A DNA stretch of 64,000 nt from Catajapyx aquilonaris (taxonomy: Eukaryota): NCBI GenBank assembly GCA_000934665.2, contig JYFJ02001272.1, forward strand, positions 1 to 64,000. The letters are read 5' to 3'. Shown here piece by piece: positions 36,470 through 48,422 of this stretch (its first letter is position 1; each line of letters begins with the position of its first letter). Below the pieces are notes generated by a model. That model was not told the DNA's origin. It saw nothing but the letters and a program-made list of their open reading frames with translations, and searched no databases. A program made the translations under genes and the position numbers.

Positions 36470-36856
36470 CGGCAACACTCCTTTTCAACCACACTCCCTC
36501 GAAACCCCCTTAAGACGATCCTAACCCCGACTCTTTTTTCCCCTCCCTCAAATCCCGGTATTATTGTTATCATCATTATTATTATTATCATAATTAATAT
36601 TATTATTATTATTGCCTTAGGCCTTCTTCTCTTGGAGGGAGGGAGGAGCTTATTCTATCGTCCGTATCCCCTTCACATCCTTACCACACATCATCCACCC
36701 AGCTCTTCCCATGTGATTCCCTTTGAGATTCCCTCGATCCCCGCCCCTCCTCTCATACTCCCCCCCCACCCCTTTTGTCCTCCTCCCCTACTACCTATTG
36801 CGCACACAAGCCTCTTCATGTAAACCCTTCACTTGCCGACTTGTTGGGGATTTGTA

Positions 36857-36862
36857 AATAAA
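36857..36862 (+). promoter_or_regulatory. Candidate polyadenylation signal AATAAA for Ca-beta
   Basis: AATAAA ~390 nt after the stop, followed by T-rich sequence. Confidence 0.35.
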
Positions 36863-37144
36863 ATTACTTTTTATCATTGCAGGTTTATAAGCCCTTCTCA
36901 TTCCACTTTGATTCGGATCCCAGTGCAATTTCAGGCAGGCTGCTGGCGTCCTTTTATGTGGTTTTCTTTGCAGGCCCGGGACCAAAAGGCTTGCAACCCA
37001 ACGTCACAAAGTAACGTGTAGATTCGAATGCTGCTGCCTCAAACAATGAAGATAATTAATTTGGGAGAACAGGCTATATACAAAAACGCAGACTATGTGG
37101 AAGCATAAAATTGTGCCTCTGGAATCAATATAGTTTCTCACAAC

Positions 37145-37291
37145 TACAGTTGAATCAGGATATAACAGACTTCAAGGGACCGCGGAAATCAGTCTGTTAT
37201 AGCCGAATACACAAGCCATATATGGAAGAATGCCAGGACCGGCCTTTCCAGCCTGTTATAGCCGAGGCTGTTATATCCGGATTCCACTGTA
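37145..37291 (+). mobile_element. MITE family A copy downstream of the Ca-beta stop
   Basis: TA-CAGTTGAATCAGGATATAACAG...CTGTTATATCCGGATTCCACTG-TA. Confidence 0.85.
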
Positions 37292-39045
37292 TTTTAAAAT
37301 CGTTCCAAAAGTGGTTCATTCCTTCAAGAATTGTTACACTTCCTCACAAGATTTAAAAAAAAATCACTAACATCTGCCTCTATGATAAACTTTATGTTAC
37401 AAAAATGTAACTGTGGATTGTCTAAGAGGTCTATCAAGAAACCACTATAGAGAAAAAAATTAAACTGAGATATTCATGAAAGTGTTATGACAGCTAAACT
37501 TCTTCGATCTACAAAACAAAAGCACATACGTATAGTATAATAATTACTGTAGCTAAAAATTGTCCAGGATAATTGCTATCCGACTGTCTTGCCAGATTGA
37601 CATTTTATGATTCGTAGCTTTTTATTTAGAAATGTTTATCGAAAGTGTTGTCACACCTGTGTGAAGGGGCTTGGATGTCGCTCACACTTGTCAATTACAG
37701 AAATTTTAGTTTTGACATCAGGGTGGATTTTGTACGTAGGCCTATTCCTGACTCTCATAAGAAAAACTTGATTAGCACAGGACGCCGCGCCGTATGGATT
37801 TGAATACATGATGGAATGATGCAAAAGATTCGTCTACTATTCCCAATAATTACCAAGAGGAATTAGAGCAGTGTTTTCCAGACAGCACATATTAAACTGG
37901 TATTTACAGACGGTATATAGAGTGATTACATATAATTATACCGTACTGACATTTATACACGACATTAAGTAGACTGTTATCTGTTACATGCAGCTAGAAA
38001 TGTTTAATTTGATATATGAGCAAACAGTCACAATACGACAGTACAGTTTGCTCAGGTGCTCTATAACTTAAATACCGCATGTGTATAATGCTAATCGTAG
38101 TTCGCCCAGATATTTAAAATTATTAATATATGGTGCTCCTCTCCACATACAGCCCAGAATAGACTAGACCAGTTATTTCCTCTCTAAGCTTTCTAAATCA
38201 AGTGTGACTGGTAAGCGGATTTGGGTTTATTGGCCCTAACAAGCATTGTTAGATGTAAGCAACTCTGCACCTCAAACACGTAAGCTTGTTAAATGCTGAG
38301 GTACGTTTACCTTGCAGACCCTAATTAATTGAGCCAGCAATATACCAGCACAGCTGCTTACCTTTCAGCTGCTACAAACTATTATAAGTTTATGCTGAAT
38401 CAGTGGCTCAACATGCGTAATCAACTGTTCCCGGCATGGCGTCTAAGGGAAACAAATCAGTAATTCAGTGCCAATTTAATGCCTGCCATTACAACTCCCC
38501 GCAGTAGTAAAAGTGTCATTAACAAACAAAATTACTTCATTAAATATCATTTGCGTTTTGAAGACTTTATACGTCTCCTCCCAATCTCCTCCACTATATA
38601 GTCAGACGTTGCCAAGGCTACTGCTTTGACTATGTCTACCAGAAAAGATTATCTGGGTCGCATCCTACTTTTCGGGATACGTGCCGTATCTAATGCTTAC
38701 TGATGTAGGATATGAAACTTATTGATCAAACTCCATTTTCCAATGCCTTCATAAAGCATTGAGCAGGCATCTTTTGACAAACAAGAATATGTCTTTGGTG
38801 CAATGTAATATGACTTGACCAAAAATGCCGATGAAATATTTCAAACTAGTAACATTTACCCACACATACTTAACAATGTTAGTGTTCTCATATTGCTGTT
38901 GACTATTGCGGCACTTGTCAGGAAGCTTCAACAGTGTAAAAATTCCTCTATACTATTGCCTGTCACTTTGGAAGGATGTGCAGCATAATTATTTACAACC
39001 AGGGTAATGGACAACTGACGTCACTAGGGCTTTTGTTATTTGAAT

Positions 39046-39286
39046 GGGTTAGTGCCATAACGTGCTAAGCCACAAAACCTTCATTCTGAGATATGGGCTT
39101 TCAAAAGTTTGGCTTAATATGGCAAATCATACAAAACAAGGAACATTATTCGTGATTTTCTCGTGATCTATGGGGAATTTTTCTAACTACGTGATGCCCA
39201 CTTGTGAAGCACGATGGTGGGACTTTCAGACACGTGCAAGCTCAAAAAACACAAAAGTGTGGCTTAGCACGTTATGGCACTAACCC
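39046..39286. mobile_element. MITE-like element with a ~28 bp perfect TIR
   Basis: GGGTTAGTGCCATAACGTGCTAAGCCAC ... GTGGCTTAGCACGTTATGGCACTAACCC. Confidence 0.8.
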
Positions 39287-40649
39287 CTTCATTTCATCGC
39301 GTTCGTCGTTGAAAATCATTGACGTCAAAGTGTGACGTCGGTACACAAGCTTCCACTCTGCAGATCCACTCATAAACCCAGACTGTGACTAACGCCTGCA
39401 CAAGAACTCCCTTCATACACTATGGACAGAAGTGTTGCATAAGGAGCAGGAGCTTCTCAGGGAAACTCCGGCATCTACTGGAAAAGGCTGCAACTTATTC
39501 ATGGCGCGATTGTCTGGCGTTACAAGCACGCGACAATATAGCCATTTATTGAACGCAAATCGGCACTAACTTTGAAGAAAAAGATTTGTTAATTATTAGA
39601 ATAAGCCAAAATTTCGCTCCCCATTGTATATACCTAGTAGTCGCCATCATTTAACTAACCTTATCAAGCCAATACCATATATCTTGGGCCTTTTCTTTGA
39701 TCCTCCGAGATGCGTATATCAGAAACGTCTCTACTCATACAGAGCCAATATATTACAAAACACAAACTTCGCTGCATGTTGGAAAACAACCTTATATACG
39801 AGGCTTTCATCTTGATCCGTCGATAGTTCGAAAGTTATTAGCTATACTCGAAGCCCGAGACACGCATTCAATAGTTGAAATTTAATAATGCAGCTAAATT
39901 CCACCTTTGGAAGTCTGCATTAACAGATCGAAAGGCATCCCTGTTTTACATTTAAATCATGCCTGTGTCCTGTCACATTCACGGCGACGCGTGACATTTA
40001 GTTTGCAGTGTTGTGACAGAAAAAGGGACAACAGTAATACCTTGTACCAGTTTAGTTATTTCACACTTGACAGGGGGATTTGAATAGCTCCTGGTTCGTC
40101 CTACTTACCCGCATGGTCAATCAGTACACGCCTATTCCCGAAATCAGTCCTCCGTATCAAAACCCGCCGGACATCTCTCTTTTTTTTGGCAAAAGTCCCA
40201 GGATATCCTTTCCGGAGTGGTCAATTTCCCCAAATTGGGACCATTTCACATGCCGTTAATGCGGAAGGCATACCCCCACTGCCCTCAGAACAGAAAAAAA
40301 CGAGCCGGAGAACCGCCCATCCTGACATACCCACTCAATTACACTGACACCGGTTTCCTGCTCAGACCAAATTGAAATTTCCCCTTAAATATAAATTGTT
40401 TACGTTCCCTGGCCGTGGTATATACGGACGCAAGCAACCGGAAACAATGCTATCCGGAAATTATTAATTCCGTCCATTAGAAGGAGGGCAATAAAGTGCC
40501 CTCCATTGTCAGAGAACAATCCGAATTTGTGTGTTCTGAGAAGAGGGGGTGGGTGGGCCAAGTGGCCCCTCCGAAAAGGGGGTCAATCTAAAGGGAGGGG
40601 TTAGTCTGAAATGATGAGAGACGTGGATGGTACTGGAGATGAGACTGTC

Positions 40650-40656
<7 letters not shown>

Positions 40657-40697
<41 letters not shown>
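40657..40697. repeat. (GA)n microsatellite
   Basis: Direct reading. Confidence 0.95.
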
Positions 40698-40700
<3 letters not shown>

Positions 40701-40873
40701 CACTTGATCTCTTGATGTGCAAAGATTGCAGCCTCCTTGAGTGGATTCCCCTCTTTCTGTCCGTGGAACATAAAACTCTTTCTTCCCTGCGACAGCTACA
40801 TTCCAACAAATCTACTTGTATAAATATCACAAGAGGAACACCATAAAAATAATAAATATACACAATACTGTAT

Positions 40874-40995
40874 ATAAATAAATAACTAAAAATATATGAA
40901 GTGAACAAATTCATAACTAATAAGGTAAATAAATAAATAACTAAAATATATGAAGTAAACAAATGCATAACTAATAAGGTAAATAAATAACTAAT
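40874..40995 (+). repeat. AT-rich tandem repeat, ~55 bp x 2, within a very AT-rich block (40840-41400)
   Basis: ATAAATAAATAACTAAAATATATGAAGT..ACAAAT.CATAACTAATAAGGTAA occurs twice. Confidence 0.8.
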
Positions 40996-41619
40996 ACATA
41001 ATAAAATATTACAATATATAATAAACTGATATTGAATACCAGTATACAAAATAACAATAAACATTAAAAGAATGAATAAATATATAAATAAATAAAATAC
41101 ATCAAAGAAATAAAAATAATACCGGTATACAGAATTTCCGAATTTATTTCATTCGGTACTTTAATAATTTTAATAATATTTATCAATTTATATAATTAAT
41201 TTTAGTGTTCCCTTTGGTGGGAGTATCAATAAATTTGATTTGATTTGATTTGATAATTAATTTTAGTTTGTTTAATATTATTTATTGAGTTCATCTTATA
41301 GTCAATAAAGTGCTCAATAAATTGATCAAGGGCAGTATATTAATTTTTAATGTCAACAATTTCAATATAATTAGCCTATATAAGTTATTTTTTTTTGCTA
41401 ATGCGGGATATGAAAATGAGATTGGATTTTCTGGAATAACTGATGTGACCCAACCTACCGCACATGACGCTTCGTTTATTTAGATTGGACACCCATTCAG
41501 TGCGTGCCAAGAGTGAGCAATAGCAATATTAGTAAGGAGAGACAATTCAGATAAATTGTCGGCAAGGACACCGCCTCATTTGTCATTATTCTGGTGCCAT
41601 CCAGGAAGACGATGCGTCC

Positions 41620-41626
<7 letters not shown>

Positions 41627-41676
<50 letters not shown>
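41627..41676. repeat. (GA)n microsatellite
   Basis: Direct reading. Confidence 0.95.
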
Positions 41677-41680
<4 letters not shown>

Positions 41681-42435
41681 ATCGTGAGTCATGACGACTC
41701 GTAGGCGTAGAATAATTGGGTGGGATAATTGAGAGGAAGGATAGTTAGTACCCGAAAAAAGAGAGCCCACAATAAGTGAGAAGAGTGACGTCATTTCCTA
41801 ATTGGAGGTCCGGAAGTGCAGCATCTTTTGTCCAAATGACGTGCAAGGTGATGTTAAAAGAAAACAAACAGAAAACAGTATAGCGTGTGATCGTCGTCCC
41901 TTCACTTTCTGTCCCATCAGACAGATAAAAGGGGGCCATTTCCTGCTGCCCCCTTTTTTTTCATCTCACTTTCTGCTTCCACCTCAGCCTCTCTCTCCCT
42001 GATGACCTGTTATTATCAGGTGAGGATTCACGCTTTGATTTGGAGGAAGGTCAGGGGTCATCCTCTCCTTTTATTACAGACAGGGCTAGTCCCATGTATA
42101 CGCAAACAGGATCATTGACACCAGCACCGGAACCCTGGATGGGTGAAGTCTGATGGAGAGAGAGAGAGAGAAACATTCGAACGCGGGCTCGTACCTGAAA
42201 GAATGAGGCCATGTTGGCTGCCATGCACGCCCGGGCCGCCCCCATGTTCAAGCCCAGTCCAATCCCGGTGTCTTGGTTGCCCCGGGGCGACCCTTGGATC
42301 CGGCCTTGCACCTGCTCAGACTCGGGTGTCGGGCAATCATCGCAGGATCCGGATGGAACATAATCCGTTCCAGCCGCCATCTTATTCCGGACTTGACTAC
42401 ATCAAATATGGAAATCCGGAACGATACCCATAGAT

Positions 42436-42438
<3 letters not shown>

Positions 42439-42505
<67 letters not shown>
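42439..42505. repeat. (AAT)n microsatellite
   Basis: Direct reading. Confidence 0.95.
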
Positions 42506-42506
<1 letters not shown>

Positions 42507-43884
42507 CAGCAATAATAAAGGCTCACCAGTATTTTAATATAATATAGATATAAATTACAGTAAAATAGCTTAAAATTAAATCACAGCTAGGATTATGTAT
42601 AAGCTGCAATTCGGGTGGCCGCGCGTGTCGAAAGTAGACAAGTTGAGTACGGTAATTATTTTTCTAGTCAATGATTGTCTGGCTCAGTGAAGCTGATCAA
42701 ATAAATATAATTGGTGGTGTAACCAGGGCACATTATGAGTAACATAAAGTGTGGTCATATTGATGAAGTTGAGTATCGTAATGTTAAAACTTAAAAGGCG
42801 CAATGAGTTCACTAGAAAATTGCTGGTGACTCGGTTCCAATTTAATTATTGGAGAGGATGTTGAGGCTTATGATGCTGCAATTGCACATTCACGTTATGG
42901 AACCGCTTGTTGGAGCGCCATGCGTCATGAACAGGGTCCATCAGCTGTGTGCTGCGTGATTAACAAATTCTCAAATGCATGTTCAACGGTCAGTGGTATT
43001 GTGTCGGTATGTTAAGAATGGGACCACGTCTCGTACCCAACCTGTCTAGGTGTGTGCCAACATGTGCTATCAATTAACTCTCAAGTTATATATATATATA
43101 TATATATATTTACACTACTTTTGTGCACTAGCAAGCGGCGATTATTTTGGTGGTAAGTCGTAAGTGTCACAGGGTCACGTGAATTCAGGTCTGATATGCT
43201 TAATGAAATGCATTGGAATAGGCTTCTTGTTGTTATGTTTACCGTCTGTGACTCTGCGTACCATCATAAATAACCTTCACTCTTGCTGGTTTGCATGAAC
43301 TACTGTACTTTCAACATATTATCACCTGCTAGTAACACCACTTACAATAATTATTTGTAAATGCTGATTCGTCAAGGTGTTGTTGAGGCAAAAACTTCGA
43401 CACAGGGCGACTCTATTATTGCTTTTTTGATTTACAAGCAGGGTGGTAACAATCGAAGGCCTTTTACATGTATTACCAGCTCTTGGTATTACACATGTCA
43501 AGCATTAACAGCAGTTTGCATAAGTTTGGCACAGAAGGATTTTGTAGTGGTGTACTAGTATTGAAAACTCATTTTTCACTCGATGTGTCATTTCCCACAA
43601 ATTTTTTAAAGCACAAAAATACCAGTAGCACTTCATTAATGATGAAAACTGCATTCCTTTTCTGTATGGATGTATAAATAATTTCAATAAATTTCTGTCA
43701 ATAATGTCGGGATGCCCTGAAAAGCAGCAACATGATTCCCAGTCAGAAGTAGCCACCATCTCAGTGTTTCGAATGATTAGCACCAAAAGTCTGAGTGCTT
43801 TCTGGAAAAGAACACTGATGTAACAATTGCAAATGTCGCTCCACCCACAGAGAAGTAAATTTTAAATGAATTTGATGCACAATG

Positions 43885-44028
43885 TACTATCGAGTTCAAA
43901 TACTTTTGGCCACTTTATCTTGGTTGTGAAGCAATCCTTCACACAAACACACCTCCTTAATGTGGGGTCTGTGCGAAGGATTGCTTCAAGACCAGGATAA
44001 AGTGGCCAAAAGTATTTGAACCCGATAG
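43885..44028 (+). mobile_element. MITE family B copy
   Basis: Same TIRs and internal sequence as 29817-29969. Confidence 0.85.
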
Positions 44029-44474
44029 GACAACAATACTGTATTGAAAAAAATAACATGCACAACTAATTTTGGTTAAAATTATGTTTTTACTCTTATG
44101 ATTTGTGGGCCATACAAGCGATACGAGCAGCTTTTACATCAGCTAGGGTGCAACTATCCGGTAGCTAGCAAAATTCACATTTCTAGGGAAAAGACCAAAC
44201 ACAAGATGACAGATGTAGACTACAAAAAAGGTTTTATTTTCTAACTGTGTGTCTATAATGCATTCTTTGGTTTGTGGCTGCTGGTCAAGCAAACATGATC
44301 AGCTACTCTATATTACAATGAACCTGCTGCAAATCCCCCTTTTTTTCTATGCCCCCCCTCCCATCCCACCCTCCCAACAAAACAAAACAAAAATGATACA
44401 CTCCCATAAGTGGACTAGATGCCCCAATCTTTGTACTGCATGGGCCTTTTGCCCAAATCTGCTGCGATGTAACT

Positions 44475-44585
44475 TCATATGTAGAAGAAGTTCTCGTACT
44501 CATTGAATCCCGGGTCCTGAGGCGGGGTCGGTGAAGGAGAGCTGGAGCCCTCCGAGCCAGTGCTCGACTCAGCTGAATTCCACTG
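44475..44585 (-). CDS. rau: RA protein last exon (QWNSAESSTGSEGSSSPSPTPPQDPGFNEYENFFYI*)
   Basis: TTTTCAG|CAG acceptor after a 61-nt intron, in frame, TGA stop; AATAAA on the minus strand at 44238-44233. Confidence 0.8.
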   Translation of the reverse strand, partial: QWNSAESSTGSEGSSSPSPTPPQDPGFNEYENFFYI

Positions 44586-44646
44586 CTGAAAATGGGAGGC
44601 CACATCAGTGTTGTTTTCCTGACCTTTAACCTTTCAAAGTTATTAC

Positions 44647-44877
44647 CGGTATGGGGTCCCTCTTGAGGTAGAAGGCATAGTCTCCTCGGGGCCAGTGAGC
44701 CTGATCCTGAAGAGGGAAGGAGTCTGGGTGCAGGCGACGCCCGTGACGCTCTCCAGGGCGAACCACATGAATAGCGAATGACTCCGGATGCTCCAGACTG
44801 TTGTAGCACTGCAGGAGCAACCTCACCAGCTCATCGGCTGTCGTGCGCTCAGAGATCAGCAGGCTCTTATACTGGGA
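44647..44877 (-). CDS. rau: RA domain 2 exon (SQYKSLLISERTTADELVRLLLQCY...FYLKRDPIP)
   Basis: TTTTTCAG acceptor, CCG|GTAATA donor, 231 nt. Confidence 0.9.
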
Positions 44878-45407
44878 CTGAAAAATGACAAAACTCTTAT
44901 TAGAAAAAAGGTTAAATTGCAATTAGTCTAAGGATGTAAGGCACACTGATGATTTTAATAGTTAATCAAGCTATGCACAGCAATAATTATCAGTTTTTAA
45001 AACCCCTGGAGAGTGAAGCAATTTCGTGCGAAAATCTAGTCACAGCCATGGCTAATCTTGGCTGAGCTACATTTGGTTGGTAAAGCTTCCAGGAAAAGGC
45101 TCCAAAATTGGAAGGACCCTCTCTGTAATTTGGGAACGGGTGGTTTCCACCGCCCGCCAGCTTTCCAAGTGCTATCTTAACGGAGTCCATCTGTCCAATG
45201 CCCATGTGTTTCATTTTAAGGGTTCGAACCCTCCCCAAGCCCTCCTGATTGTGGAAAGAATTTTTAAGTTGTGTGAACTTTATCAACCAGCCACCAGAAA
45301 GAGAAACAATTCGGAGTCTAGGTTGTGGTTGCTGGGGAAAACAACTCATCAATTCTTAACCTACTCCCCCCCAGTGTGTATATAAAGTATAAAGGCATCA
45401 TACTTAC

Positions 45408-45471
45408 TCCTGCCATTAGTACGCTGTCGTACACCCTGACCAGTCCTCCTCGTCTCATCTGCAGCGTGAAT
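45408..45471 (-). CDS. rau: Linker / RA domain 2 start exon (RFTLQMRRGGLVRVYDSVLMAG)
   Basis: TTCACGCAG acceptor, GGA|GTAAGT donor, 64 nt, phase 2-0. Confidence 0.9.
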
Positions 45472-45694
45472 CTGCGTGAAAAAATATGCAATTACAATTT
45501 TGCATCAGCACACCAAAAATTGCTTCATACAGGTCAATTCCTATGCATTGTTTTTATGGCATTATTCTGTAGACCCAGCAGGATATAACCTAACCCACCA
45601 GAGCAAGCCGCAATGGAGAGTATTTTCCACCAAGGAATCGTCCTATCTGAAGCAATTCTACGTAGTAGTTTCAGACTACACATCGGTACCGTAC

Positions 45695-45773
45695 CTGGAG
45701 TCTCCTCTGGGATGGCAACTCTGCAGCTCGGCAGGTCTGGCCTCCTCGTCCAGAACCAGCACCGTGCGAAGAC
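45695..45773 (-). CDS. rau: RA domain 1 end exon (GLRTVLVLDEEARPAELQSCHPRGDS)
   Basis: TTGGCAG acceptor, AG|GTACGG donor, 79 nt, phase 1-2. Confidence 0.9.
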
Positions 45774-45955
45774 CTGCCAAAAAGAGTCGCACGCATTACC
45801 ATACCACACTCCAGACCAGTAGCCCTTGACAACAACGATGGGAACATTCCTCCTCCCTAATAATGCTTCCCCGTCTCATGAGAAGAAGAAGAAAGAGAAG
45901 AAGAAAAAAAATCCAGAAGACAATGATAGATACGGATCTGGTTAGTGCTTCCCAC

Positions 45956-46139
45956 CTGTTCTTCCGGATCGGAGGCCCACTTCCATGGTGAGGTAGAAGA
46001 GGCGAGGGTCCCGATGCTTCATCCTGAACTTGCTCAGAAGGGCGTCCACCACCTGTCTGCATGTTGTCTGGTACGACACGCTCAGTGTCTTGTACTCTAT
46101 GTCCGGTCTCAGGCATCGGGCGTACACTTTGATGGCGCT
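45956..46139 (-). CDS. rau: RA domain 1 exon (SAIKVYARCLRPDIEYKTL...DPRLFYLTMEVGLRSGRT)
   Basis: TTTCCAG acceptor, G|GTGGGA donor in phase 1; RA-like motif. Confidence 0.9.
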
Positions 46140-48407
46140 CTGGAAATTTAAAAAATTAAGAAGGGGTGTGAGTCTGGGCAAGGACAAAACTCAGACAAAA
46201 GGTTGCTTTTCCGTAGAAAAATGTGGCCATGAGTTGGGTACCAGAATAGAAAACAAAGGGGGTATCGTAAAAATTCAGGGTGTGTAAATCGAAGGTCCTG
46301 GCTCTCAATTCGTATATATTTGGCACATACATGTGGAGCAATTCACATGGTAAAAATACCTGCCCGGTTTCAAATGAAGGACGCATTGTATTACAAGGTA
46401 CAATTTCCAGGCATGAAGCGATGTGCAGGTTTATTCACTGCAAGGCAAGCATTTATTTACATAAATAAATACGGCTGAATGCATTTACTGTTGTTTAACT
46501 TTGTCGCGTTCCGAACACACTTGTACTGATACACAGGATCGGTCAACGGCTCTTTATCAGCGTAAGTAGCAGACTTGACCTCGACAACTTGTCAGCCTCA
46601 CATATTTGGACATGCACTTCGACCTGCTGATATGATGATAGGGAAATGATCTGCGGTCTCTCAGAACTGACACAATGATCGTTGCATGTTGCTACCTTGT
46701 AGGTCGGAACCCATCCTCGACCCCGAGGCCCTTCCGAGGTCAAACGGCTCTTTTGCTTTGGTAACGGGAAATAGCAACAATTTTCTGTTACATATCTGAT
46801 GGCACCTTTCGCGCTCCATCCTTCCACTAATTAAAAGAAAAAGAGATACTTTGTCGCACGAGAAAGGATCTGACATGTATCCTAGTTGCATAAGGTTCTG
46901 GCGATTGGACCGCTTTCATTTCGTCCCATTGTCTTTGCTTCTGGGTGTGAAGGTCCGATCAATTTAGACACACTCCTATTGGCCCTCGGGACATGATAAC
47001 AGCTTTTCCTTCGTTATTTCGACTTCTTTTTTTTTCTCCTTCTGATTACGCAACGGAACAAACGGAAGATCTCATTACCCACCCTTCGGATCACTGATTT
47101 TCTTCCACCTACTTCGCACTTTTAAGTCCCTGAACTGTTTTGGCAAAAATTGCAGTCCGCTATTGTTGAGTTCTTCAACTTTTTTTTTAAAAAAAGTCCA
47201 AGGCCGTCCAATTTTTTTCTGAAATATCGTTCTCCCCCAGACAAAATTACCCCCCTTGGTATACGGCTCTGCAACCAATTGTGGGAGGTCGCACTGCGGA
47301 AAATTTTGAGTAGCGTTGCAGAAAAGGAAAGTGGGGGGTGAAACTGCCCTTTTTGTGCTTTTTTTTTGAACACTGCAAAAAAAAAAAGCGGATAAGAAAA
47401 CCATTTACTGAAATAACCCAAACAGCTATCGCGGTTTTACCGAACTTGGAACCTCGCTAATCAGTTTGAACTGGACCAGTTGGTATGCAGCAGCGTGGGG
47501 CCAGATGTGTCATTCTTGTAATCCTATAAGAGTGCGAGAGATAAGGAGAAAACTGGCCAGAAGTGAAATTCATCACGTGGAAATTCCCAAACTTTGGAGC
47601 CAGTTTAAGCCCCTTTTCTTTTATCCGGATGGCGCCAACATTTCCTTCTTCGAGATTTAAAAAAAATTCTAGAGTCGTAAAACTTGGTAATTTGGGTGTG
47701 GCTCCCAAGTACTGAGCAACGCTCATTTCAACGGACCGAAATAAAATATCGTCTGTTCCCGACAAATACTGGCGAAGAAAAGCAACAATCAGGGCCAATT
47801 AATTTTATTATTGAAACATAGCCGTTGAGGGACGGTTACAATAATTATGTTCAAGTGAGGATATCATATCGCACCAGAAGTGTGGCATATGCGGACAATT
47901 TGTGCCTTATCATGCTGCAGCACCCATCAAAAAGGCCTTGGGTACAGGACATGCCACCTGCTTATTTATCATTTTAATTGAAATAATTAGTCAAAATGGA
48001 CCTCGCGTGTTTGTTGATATGGCGGAAGGTGCTAATTAAAGTAGTGTTTAGCGCACATTTATCTGCCTGTTGTAATGTGAGAGTAGTGACAAGGGATACT
48101 ACTAAAATTAGGAGTAACCTCTACTGTTGGGTGGAATTTTGTTTTTGTTCCCATCACAGTAATGAAACAATGAGCCTGGCCACGTTTTGTTTATACACTG
48201 GTCGTATACAATCCAGAATGAAATTAATTCCAGCAGTGCCTCGCCCTCAATAAAATCTAAAGAAAGGAGTGAGAAAACAGTGCAGATAATTCCGAACTTG
48301 CGATAGTTTTCCACGGCCTCACAAAACCGCATTCTCTAAATGCACACCCGATTTACACATACAAAAAAAAATTGGCCAGCTTTAAAAACCCTCGGCCACA
48401 AAGCTAC

Positions 48408-48422
48408 CTGCTGAGGAGCCAT
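48408..48422 (-). CDS. rau: RA protein short-isoform first coding exon (MAPQQ)
   Basis: CAAAAATG start context after an in-frame TAG, CAG|GTAGCT donor in phase 0. Confidence 0.5.

Noticed and set aside
35648..36524. Several long overlapping ORFs in other frames and strands
   Set aside because: Shadows of the GC-rich Ca-beta last exon and its 21-bp repeat
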